This document shows positions 1-11,835 of a stretch of 64,000 nucleotides of DNA, piece by piece. The notes beneath the pieces were generated by a model that searched no databases, was not told where the DNA came from, and worked only from the letters and a program-made list of their open reading frames with translations. A program made the translations under genes and the position numbers. The DNA comes from Geosiphon pyriformis uo1 (lineage: Eukaryota > Fungi > Glomeromycota), in assembly GCA_016748015.1 (NCBI GenBank), contig JAAOMT010000603.1, forward strand, positions 477,532 to 541,531, given 5' to 3'. The stretch's first letter is position 1, and the number at the start of each line of letters is the position of its first letter.

Positions 1-336
1 ATAATAAAATAAAATATTTAAATTATATATTTATATATATATTAAATTAAAACTTAAAAGTCAAAATTTAAAATTTAAAATAAAATTTTAATAAAATTTG
101 AGTATTGTTATTGGCTAAAATTTAACTCATAAAATTTTTTTTTAAATTTTATTATCAATTAATATAAATTATTATTTTATATTTAAAAATATAATTTTTT
201 ATTTTTTAATTATTTTAATAAAATTATTACCATTTAAACAATTTTTTTCTAAATAAAAAATTAATATTAAACTTTAAATTTTAATAAATTATAAATTAAA
301 CTTTGAATAATTAATTATATATAATTTTAGAATAAC

Positions 337-3300
337 TTTTTTATTTTTATATTATATTTAATAAGTAAAATCTAAATATTATTTAATAAAATACATTAAA
401 TTAAGTAATTTAAACTATATATAAATTATACATATTTTATATATAACTAGTTATTTAAATTGATTAAAATAACATTATGTTTTTATATAAACAAAAATTA
501 TATTACTTATATCTAAAAAAAACAAATATAATATACATGTGCTAAAACTAATACCAAAAGTCTTAGCAATCTTAAGCATTTTAATTATATTACTAAACAG
601 TATAGATAAAAAATTCAATATTCAAAAAAACCAATTTATTATACAAAATTAAATCATTGTTCTATAATAAACCAATATTTAAAATAAATAAACCAGATTT
701 TTTTTTACTTACTAATACAAAATTATACATAAAATTCACAATCTTATTAACAATAATCTTAGTATTTTTAAAAACAAATAAAAACTTTTATATAAAGTTA
801 TATATATAATAATATTAAAAAAACAATTAAAACATATATAATAATAATTTACATAAATCAAACATAGTTTTTTATGCAATAATATATAAATTTAATAAGT
901 TTTTCTATATTATAGCATCTATTTTACATAAAAAAATAATTTAAAAATTTAACTTTGCTATAATATAAACACAATATAAATTCTTACAGATAGTTATAAG
1001 CAACTAATAATATAAGATTTTTATAAAATAAAATTGTATACCAATTATAGTTTTGCTTATAAAACTGGCTGCCATATAAAAATCTGAATATTATATTAAT
1101 AATGACCAAATTCAGTTAATATTTTCAATTAAATAACTATTCAAGACTCTAATATTAGAACCAACTTCTCAATAAACATAATAAATTGTTCAAAAAATTC
1201 TATAAACAAAATATTTTGTGTTTTTAATACAACTATCTTATTAGTTTTAATAAATTGTTTTTAAATATAGACCAAAAGCATTATGTTTAAGAAAAAAATA
1301 GCATTAATCAATGCATTAATTTTTTTATTGTCTAAAATACCAAAATAATTTTTAACTTTATACTAATTAACATGTAAATTTTTTTCTGATAACATTTAAA
1401 ATATAATATTGTTTAATTCAATAGTAATTACAAAAATCTGACAATATTATGTTTAATTTTAAAGAATATGTATTCAAAACTGCTTGGCTATTAAATTTTA
1501 TTTTAATTATATAGAAAAAAAAAACACATTTTAAAGCCAGTACAATAATTTGTAGTTTGGCTATTATAAAAAAACCAAACCAAATAATTTAATATTTATA
1601 TTCAAATTTAAATTTTAAAAAAATACTACAATACTTGTTATTATATTAATTGTATTTAAATTATTTAAAAAACTATTAATGTAAATAGAAAAACAGATTA
1701 TATTAATACTAAGTAACTAATTATAAATGAAACCAAATTTATCTAAAACCAAAATATTTAAAAACTAAAAATTAATAACCAAAAATAAATTAATATAGTA
1801 AAAAGCTAAGTCATTTAAAAATTTAATTGTCAAAATAAATTGTCTAAAAACCAAGTCTTAAAAATCCAATTTTTTTTAATATTTGAAAATTTTTTAGTTA
1901 AAAACACCACTATTTTTATTATGTAATTGTTTAATAAAAGTAATATTAAATTACTTAAAAAAATATTTTGAAAAAAACCATGTTATTCAAAACTATTAAC
2001 ATTAAAGTTTTATTCAAAATCAAAAAACAGAAGACAAAAATTTTTTTAAAAACAAATTATAATTACAAAAAATTTTAATTATATTAGCCAAAAAATTGTT
2101 TATTAAACTAATTTTAAAATAAACTAAAAATACAAAAAATGAATAAAAAACCAAATTAAAACCTGTAAGTTTAGAAACTTGTAATTAAACAGCTGGTCCA
2201 AAATATTATCAACATTAAAAAAACTTAACACAAAAGTTAATTTGTACTTAATTTATATCTGCTTAAAAAATCTTAAATCATATAAAGAAAAAATAGTAAA
2301 TTATATTATTTAAAAAGTTTAAAAGTAAACCAAATTTTAATTTTAAACTCTTTTTTATTAAAATATTTCACTTATTATATAATAAAAATAAAACTAAATT
2401 AAGTTTTATAATTAATAATAAGATATAAAATTATTAAGATTAAATACAAAAATTGTTTGTTAAAAATAACTTTTTTCAAAACTTTGCTAGTAAAAAATCT
2501 AATATTTAAATATATTTTAATTAAGTTAGGCTTTGACAAACCATTTGTTGACAAAAAAATACTTAAATATCTATTAAATTCTTCTTTTTTAGCAATTAAA
2601 ATAAACAAATTACTAATTAATAATAAGAAAATATTAATTTTATAATTAATAAAAATGGTTATTGTCTTATTATTGTTAATTAAAATATTATTAATTTGAA
2701 AAAGTTTACTTATAATATTTAATCTATATTGAATTACAATTTAATTATTGTCTATTCAAATTGTGTTATTAATAAAAACACCAATAGCAAAAAAATAGAT
2801 TAAATTAGCTTAGTTTTTAATTTATTCTGTTTTAGTTATAAATTTAATATTCATTTTATATTTATATATGTTTTTGTTTTTTGACTTAACACAAAAAAAG
2901 ATCATAAAAAATTTGTCAAAAAAGAAAAAAACCATTTTATTTTAATTTAATTTATTATATATATAATAATCATTTGTTAAGCCAAAATCTATTATAATTT
3001 GATTTACCCAATAATTGTAAATACTACTAAAAAATTTAATAAATTTGTTACATATTTAATTTAAATTAAGCTATTTTTTAAATATTTTTAGCCTATTAAA
3101 TTATATGTTTTATACATATTTTGTAGAATTAATCAAAGTTTACAGTTTTTTTTTAAAGTATTTTCACTATTAAATCAACTGCAAAAATCAAAAACTGTAT
3201 TATAATACTCTTTAATATTAAGAAATTATTCTTCTAAAAAACATTAAACTTACTACAAACTAAAAAAAATTCTATTAAACAAAATTTCAAAAAGAATTTT

Positions 3301-6300
3301 TCAAGTAATTTTAATCAAAACAATAAGCATAATATTGGTTAAAATTTTTATTTATATAATTTAGAAGCTATTAATATCTATGTCTTTTTTTAAGACTAAA
3401 AAACTAATTTATCTAATATATAAATACTTAAAAAATTTAATAGCATATCTAAAACCAATTTATTATAATGTTTTAAAAGTTTATTTAATATCTTAGATAA
3501 TTTAGCAGCTTTTTTATTTGGCAAATTTATTATTATATTTAGTATTTTATTAGTCATATAAACCAAAAACAAATACTATTAATACTATATTTTAAGAATA
3601 ATTTTCAATATTTTTTATTTTTTTGTTTACTGTTTTATAATTAAATTTATTTTAGATTTGATTTTATCAAATTTCAGTATTAAATTCTTATTATTAACCA
3701 AATAATTTAATATTATCTTATAAAAAAATGTTCTAAAACAATTTTAATAGTATAATTTTTATTAATCTTAAATTTTTTTATTTTTTTATTAATAACAAAA
3801 TTAATTCTTATAACTTTAACTTATTAAAATTTAACAAACTTTAATACATAATAAAATTTTTTAATTTTAACTAACTTAAATCTAATTATGTCAAAACTAA
3901 TACTTAATATTAAAAAATTTTAAATAAAAAAAGTATTTACTTTATTAAGTAAAAATTAATAATCTAATAAATCTTTAAACTTGTAATTAAAACCTAAATA
4001 TAAAGCTTAAACAATCATAAAAACCAGAATTTTCAATTAATAAAAACAAGAAAAAACTTTGATAAAAATACTATCAAATTTTTGCTTTAATATTTAAAAA
4101 GATTTTATTGGCTAAAAAAACAATTTTTTAGATAATATTCTACATAGAATTTATATTAAAATATTTTTTGAAGTAATAAAACCTGTATTAAACATAGTAA
4201 TTTTTGCCAATATAGTTTTTTTAAATTGTGAATATTTAGTTATATTTGTTTTTTTTTTAAATTGTATTTTTAATGATTTTTATTAATTTGTCTGTAAAAA
4301 ATATCTAAATATAATAATTAATATTAAAAAATTTATTCATATTTAAAACTTCTTTGATAATTATTATATTAATAAAATTTAATAATATAAAACATAATTA
4401 ATTGTTTTTTTAATACTTTTAAAGTTTTTTTAAGTAGAAATTTTAGCAAACAAACTACTAATTAAAGAGTTAACCAAACTAAAATTCAAATATTTCTTAA
4501 AATTAATACTGTATTTAATACTATTTTTATTAAAATTATTTTTATTAAATGCTTTAATTATAAAAAAATTAATAATAAGTACTTAATTCAAGTATTTTTT
4601 CAAAAATACATTTGTATATAAACTTATTACAAAAACTAAATATTTGTTTTTAAACAATAAAAAACTATTAAAAACTTATTAAAAATCTTTAAAATTTTTA
4701 AAACATATTAAACTAAAAATTTGTTTATAATTATTATAATATCAATACTTAGATATTCTGAATTTAAACCAGAAATAAATATCTTTAATTTATTAAATTT
4801 ATTTACAATCCAAAATTTATTACTAAAATAAAACTTAGTTTTTATAACAATTAAAATATTATTATTTAATTTTTTATGCTATCTAATAATATTATTTTGC
4901 TTAGCAAAAATATTCATGTTTTTAATATTATATATAGTTATTTTTTAAGTTAAATTACTTATTAAAAACAAAAAGAAGATATTATATTACTGTTTAAACA
5001 AAAAGAATTAAGTTTATTTAAAATAGACTTAAATAAATTTACTAAAATTATTATGTTTGTTTTTAGATGACCAATTTTAAAAGTCAAAACTTTTGATTTA
5101 CTTGTAAATAATTTTAAATTAATATATATTTTAATTATGTTAAAACAGTTATTAAACAAAAAATTATCTATTATTATGTTCAAAATTATTTTAGTTTGAA
5201 GATATATTGTTTTGGTATTTGGTTATTAAAAAAAAATAGAATTTAACTTACATAAAATTACAAAAACTTGGTTGGCAAGAAGTTTTAAAGAATATTTTAA
5301 AATGCTTAAATAAAAATTCAAAGCCAAAGTTATAATACTATTGTTTAAAACATTATTGGTATATTTGCTATAATAAAAAAGCTTGAAAAAATCGATGATA
5401 AAAAAAAATTCTTGTTATTAATTACAGATATTGAAATTTTATTACTAAAAAAGACCAATCAAAAAATAAAAACTTGCTTTTTTACATATATATATATAAA
5501 CTATTGTCTATTAATATTTGAAAATAGTTTTTTTTATAGTCAAATATTTTCTCATTAAGTATACAATTACTTAAAACATGACCATATTGTTTATAAATGA
5601 TACATAAAAATAATAATAATTTAGCTTAATACAAATTTATATCTTTAAAATAGAAATTAAGTAAATAATCATATTTTTAGTATTTGCTAAATTAAAATAT
5701 ACAATAAAATAATAAACTATTATATAAATAATTGAGTTATATACTATAATATATTTTTTTTTATTATATAATACAAATAAGCTTAACAGATTTTAAATAA
5801 TTGTTTTAATTAAAAGTATATAAAACAAAACATGATATTAGTCTTTGAAGTTTTATGTTTGTTTGTTAATAACAGTTTTGATTATTTATATAAAGTTTTT
5901 ACTTAATAGAATTGACTATTTAGAAGCTACTAAGTTAATAATTTTAATAATTTTAAATTTAACTAATATCTTCTATTAAAAATTTATTAACTATATTTTT
6001 ATTAATTTTATTTTGTTGAATTTGGTAAACATTAATATTATTACCAATTTGAAAAAATTAATTGGAATTTTTTTGATAATTAGCTTTTAATTTGATTTTG
6101 TATTAATATATATAAAATTGATATTAATTAAAATATTTTTATTAATAGTCAAATCTTTTGTTTTTATTAAGACTAAATTCGAAAATAAACATTAATCTAA
6201 TAATATTATAAAATTTTGAGAAAGTTAAAATTATTTACTTAATAAAATAATTTTTTTACTATTTTCAATTTATTATTAAAAATTTTTTCAAAAACAGTTA

Positions 6301-6950
6301 ACATATTTATGTCTAAAGTAAATAATTTAACAGATTTAAAAGACTTTTTTTTTTTATTAATAAAAAAGTTTTAGTGTTTAATTTGCTAAATAATAGTAGA
6401 AAAAAATCTTTAATTTTGTTATTACTTATATAATTTATTATAAAAAAATACAGTTATTTAGTTAAATTGAATATAATTGTTCTAATATAATATAATATAT
6501 TATTATTTATGTTTTTGTTATTTTTTATATTATTTAAATTTACATAATGTGTTTTTTTAATCAGAGAATTGTCTAAATTGTTAGCTTTTAAAACTTTATT
6601 TGTACTATTTACTTTACTATCTATTTTGCTTTTTTAAGATTTATATAAAATACTTTTATTTTTATTTAAGAAATTAAAATCTACAAATCTAATTAACATG
6701 GCATTAATAATATAATTTATGTTAAGCTTTCTGTTTTTTTATTAATGTTTTTATGAATAAACATAAATAAATTTTTTTTTTATATTAGAGCAAGATTTTA
6801 CTACAGTTTTATTATTTCTAGAAACTAAAAAAACTATTAGTTTTATTATTATAAAAAAATTGTTGATAACAGAAATACTTATAAAATTAATATGAAAAAA
6901 GAAAATATAAATAAAAATATTGAAATTTTTTTTTGCTTCTGTTATAATAA
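337..6950 (-). mobile_element. Full-length LINE relic, hypermutated to near-pure A/T (ORF1 ~6900-4962, ORF2 ~4962-475)
   Basis: Residual ORF 2608-2399 (YLSIFLSTNGLSKPNLIKIYLNIRFF) aligns to the better-preserved LINE ORF2 at ~45030 (YLGIFFSTKGLSKPSLAKVHSDIQFF). The endonuclease start relic near 4945 (KITIYNIKNMNIFAKQNNII) matches KVAMCNVCGMNNLAKQDNVI. The C-terminus and 3' UTR at ~550-420 match 54310-54450. Ends are approximate. Confidence 0.85.
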
Positions 6951-7138
6951 AAAACTTTATAAAAAAAAGATAATTTGTTTTTTTATTTATTTATTTAATA
7001 TTTTTTTTTTTTTATTATATTTTAACGAGCGAGACCCAAATACCACCTAAACTATGATACTACAAAAGGGATTATATTATAGGCATAAATCATGCATTTT
7101 CTACATGTGATCAGACACTCGGCCCAATCAAGAACTCA

Positions 7139-9541
7139 CTACACTGAATCAAAAGTAGGTGGAAATAATCCCAACCCACGAATTCTCTCAATGATACCAT
7201 TCAGATTCCTAGAGTCAAAAATAAACTCACTAAGAAACAATCTAGTAGACTCAATATTGCCTTTGGTTTCAGCACCAGACATACGCCATAAAGCAATAAC
7301 ATGCTCAATAGTGTCCTTACTTAAAAAGGAAGGCTTAGTAGCCAGCATACCATCATAATCCATATCACTAAAATCAACCTCAGATCTAAGACAAGCAATG
7401 TCCTTGGAGACCTCAACCAAGAGATTAGAAAAATTGTTAGCAGCACTCTTCATAGAAATGAGATTCTTCTCGACCTGAACAGCCTTAGCAGCATTATCAT
7501 CAAGAAGACGAGACACCAAAGCAACCAAAGAACTAACAAGCTTAACAATAGATTTAACCAGAGCAGCCAAATTCGAAATCTGCTTTTCCAAAGAGTCTAA
7601 TCTAGAACCAACAGCAGGATCAACAACAGAAGCAGCCAAAGAAGCCACCAAAAGAGGAAACTCAGAAAGACCAGAAGGAGCAGCAGTCTTGGCATATGAA
7701 GCAAAACCCACAAAACGAGACTTGAAAACCTTGGGAATCTTGGGAGTGAAGGGTGGGAAAATCTTGCAATCTATGGCCAGATGGCCCATTTCTTGACACT
7801 TAAAGCAGCGCCAGCAGCCAGGAGTTTTCCACCAGATACAGCATTTCCTTAGAGTACCAGTCTTGACTACAGCAGAATTCAAATCATCTTGAGAGCCAAA
7901 TGTAACCAAAGTGAACCGGGAATGACGACCAGAATCAGGAGAATGAAAGATGAAACATGTACAACCACCAATCTAAGAAATCATATCACTGATTTCAAAG
8001 ACAGTACAATCAGAGGAAAGGTTGACCAATTTGGTCTTAAACTTATCACAAGACAAAATAGTCTCATTTTGATTTACCGGAGGGAGGATTCTAACACTAT
8101 CCTTACCCACCAAGACTGACCAATGCTTCAAGGCAGACACAGCAGAGTCCAACTTTTCAAAATAAACCACCACATACTGCCAAATGCTAGCAGGCTTCAG
8201 CACAACACGAGCGACACTACCAAACACACCAAGAGCCAACTTGATGTCAGCAGCAGACACACCCAAAGATACATCACACAGCACAACAGCAGCAGAAGAA
8301 GAACCAAATTTAGAAACCACCAAAGACTTGGCAATTTTGAGAGTGGCCAAACAAACAGAGCTTGTAAGTTCAACCAGAAACGCAGCTTCCAAAGACTGTT
8401 GAGAAGCAAATTCCACATAAAAAAGCTTTACATTGTCTTTTGAAACAGATTTGGCACCCAAGAAACTATGCACAGACTGAAAAACAGTCTTAACATGAGC
8501 CAATTTGGTCTTAAAAGTAGCACCAGGCACCAGAGTGGAGGCCACCCACTCAGCAAACCTTTAATGACTAATAATAATTTCCCAAGCACCACCAAAAGTA
8601 GCACCAGAAACTAAAGAAGGAGATAAATCAGTTTCCATTTGATCAGCCCAGTTCCCAAGAACAGATGACCCAACAGGAGGAGATTGTTTTGCTTCTAAAA
8701 CTGGCGATGATCTGCCAGAAAACACCACATTTGGCAATACAGCCAGTGGTTGATCTTGGCCCATCTTAGATGACGTGCCGGATGATGCTACTGAGATCTC
8801 ATCTAGGATCTCATTGGGAACCACAAATGGGTTTGGTGTGACAATAGCAAAGGCAAGCGACTGCCTCCACTTTTCTGAACTTTTGGTCTTTTTGATCATT
8901 TTTTTTGAAAAGGTGGTGCCAGAAGCACCAGGTGTTGAGTCTATAGAGGGGAAGACCAGCTTATTTACTGGTCTATTATTAAAAACTTTTGGGCTCTTAG
9001 TCGGGATGGAGGCAACACTGGGACTAACCCAAGTGTGTCTCTTTGAAGGAACTTTGACTGGTAAAAAACCAGCCAAAGATGGGGAAGTTGATTCAGTGGC
9101 TACCAAAGGCAGCTTTTCACGATTACTGGGTAAGGGGAAGGCTTCTAAAACGTTTTGTCTAGTTGCTTCTACAACAGAAAGAGCTCCTCTGGTTGAAATT
9201 TTATNNNNNNNNNNNNNNNNNNNNGGGAAGACCAGCTTATTTACTGGTCTATTATTAAAAACTTTTGGGCTCTTAGTCGGGATGGAGGCAACACTGGGAC
9301 TAACCCAAGTGTGTCTCTTTGAAGGAACTTTGACTGGTAAAAAACCAGCCAAAGATGGGGAAGTTGATTCAGTGGCTACCAAAGGCAGCTTTTCACGATT
9401 ACTGGGTAAGGGGAAGGCTTCTAAAACGTTTTGTCTAGTTGCTTCTACAACAGAAAGAGCTCCTCTGGTTGAAATTTTATTAGATATCTTAGAACAGATA
9501 TCAGGTGTAGTCTTTTTACTCTTAGCTCTGGTCGTGGTCAT
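7139..9541 (-). pseudogene. LINE ORF1-like protein (RRM-like segments, CCHC knuckle, C-terminal coiled coil), ~710 aa, two premature stops
   Basis: ORFs 9541-8561, 8545-7973 and 7909-7139 are all in one frame, broken only by a TAA and a TAG. It contains CFKCQEMGHLAIDC and is similar to LINE ORF1 at 38722-39998. Length is corrected for the gap-flanking duplication. Confidence 0.85.
8949..9480. other. Assembly gap (20 N, 9205-9224) with an identical ~256-bp overlap on both sides
   Basis: 8949-9204 is repeated exactly at 9225-9480 across the N run, which is typical of an unmerged contig overlap. Confidence 0.9.
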
Positions 9542-9579
9542 AAAATTAAGGAGACAAAGAGTAAATTTTATTTAATATA

Positions 9580-11300
9580 TTTAAACATTTTTTTAAGTTT
9601 TTATTACATTTAAAATTTTTATTAATTAATTTAATAATTTAATATATTATATTAAAATTATTGTTTTATTATTATTTATAATATTAATTTTAAACTGATT
9701 TATTAAAAGTTTAGTTAAAAAAATTATTTATTTTAATATAATTTATTATAATATTAATTGGTTTTAAATAATATTAATTATAATATTATTGCTTATTAAA
9801 AATATTTAACTTTAAATATAAAAAACAAAGATTTAATTATTAAAAAACAAATAAAAATTTTAAATAAATTTTAAGTAATATTGTTAAAATTTTGATTAAA
9901 ATTAATAAAAAAGATTAAAATAGTATTTTAAATAATAATAATATATTTAATAAAATATTTGTTTTATAAAAATTACAAAATTTTAATATTAAGTTTAATT
10001 TTAATAAAATAATTAAATAAATATATAAGTTAATTACATATAATAAAAATTTAAGTTATATAATATGTAAAATATATACTTTATATTTGTATTTTATTGT
10101 TTAATTTATATATATAATTTTTTTGTAAATTAAAATAAATAATAAAAAGATTATATTTTGTTAAAATTATTGTTTTAATAAAACTTTTTAATAATAAAAG
10201 CAAAAATATATAAATATATATATATATAATTGGTAAAAAATACATAAGTTATATTAATGTAAAATATTTAGTTATTATATTATATTAAATTATTTTACTT
10301 ATTAAATTAAAAAAATATATATTAATAATATAATTATATAATATAATTTTAATTAATTTAAATAATTATTTATGTGATTTGTATTTATTATAAATATATA
10401 TATATATAATATACATATAAATTATATACATAAATAATAATAAAATTTTATTTTATTTTAAATTACATAAAAATATATTATTATTATTACAAATTTAAAA
10501 TTTAAAACTGTTTTTTTTTGGTTTTATATTTAAGTTACTATTTAGTCTGTAATAATTTATTTAATTATAATTAAATTTAATATAAACATAAAATTTTTTT
10601 TAAAAAAACAAACAAAAAATCATTTTAATTATAACTAATTTAGTAAAATTGTTAATATTTGTTAACAAATTTAATATAAAAATAAAAAAAATTCTTTGTT
10701 ATTAAAAACAAAATTAAAATTAATTGGTAATAAAATAAAATTATAATTTATATAAAAAATATTAATTTAAATCAAAAATTAATAATAAAATATGTAATAA
10801 TACTTTATATTTAATTTAATTATAAAGTAGTTTTAACTTATTAAAACTTAATTAAATAAATATATTCAAATAAAAACAAAAACAAATAAGTTATTTAAAT
10901 TAATTAATTTAAACTAAATTATTTTTAATTAAAACACAAAAAAATTTATATTAATCAATATCTTAAATATTAATTTTTTGTTTAAATTATAATTAACAAA
11001 AATCAAAGTTAATAAATTATTAATTATAATAAAATTTATACCAATTTTATAATTTTTTTCATAACACAAATATTTTATTTTAAAAATCAATTATAATAAT
11101 AAAAATCAATTATTAAAAAAATTTAATGCATAAAAAAAAATTTGAAATATTTTTATAATAATTTAGTTTTAAATATTACTTAACATATTTTAATTCATAA
11201 TGTTTAATAATATATATATATCCAATTATCAATTAAAATGGTAATTCTAAAAATTAATATAGTTTAAATGCCAATAAAAACTAATTAATATCAATAAATC
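9580..11300. repeat. Extremely AT-rich decayed repeat DNA, origin unrecognisable
   Basis: Almost no C/G and no ORFs. Same texture as the recognisable hypermutated elements. Confidence 0.5.
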
Positions 11301-11835
11301 TTAAATAAACCACACTATCATTTTCCTCAAATTAAAAGTTATGCAATAAAGTTATTTATTAAAATAACATTTCTTTGTAACCACAAGAGTCTTGTGGCCG
11401 AATTGAAAAATCATTAAATCTCATGAACCCTACGACATTCGGAAACAATAAAAATCTTCAAAAATGGAAAATCAAATTTTATTTGAAGAGACTTGATGGG
11501 ATCATCCGACTTTTAACATCGCAACCTTTAGATGCTAACCTGAATTTATGAAGTTTCCTTGAGTTCGAATAATAAAAAGTCTTGTCTTAATTGATGAAGG
11601 TTTTGGTTGTTTCGCCATTTAAGATTTAATTACAATTGTATATTAAGTTTTTATTTACAAAGTCAGAAGACTATAATCCTCCCTCTAACCAAGAGTAATA
11701 AAGGGGCACGGAGTAACTCAATTGGTACTAATTAATTGAAAATAGAGGAAAACCATAATAAATTTAATTTATAAGCTTCACTTTTAACTGGAATGAAAAC
11801 CCTTTTAAAAATGATGGACAAACCGTTAAGTAAAA

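Larger units (their letters stand above)
7002..9566 (-). mobile_element. ORF1-only non-autonomous non-LTR retroelement (half-LINE) with poly(A) tail and TSD
   Basis: The element has a single gag/ORF1-like frame followed directly by a LINE-type 3' UTR and an A-tail (T run 7001-7013). The direct repeat TTTATTTAATAT at 6990-7001 and 9567-9578 flanks it. No EN/RT is present. Confidence 0.85.

Noticed and set aside
1-6950. Organelle or endobacterial (Mollicutes-like) insertion as the source of the AT-rich DNA
   Set aside because: Residual translations match the LINE in this same window, and no organellar or bacterial genes were seen.
8949-9480. Apparent tandem duplication within ORF1
   Set aside because: Identical copies flank a 20-N gap, and no such duplication was seen in the older copy. 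It is an assembly artefact.
8775-9575. 266-aa plus-strand ORF and other antisense ORFs over TEs and genes
   Set aside because: These are shadow frames of real opposite-strand coding sequence, here inflated by the duplication.
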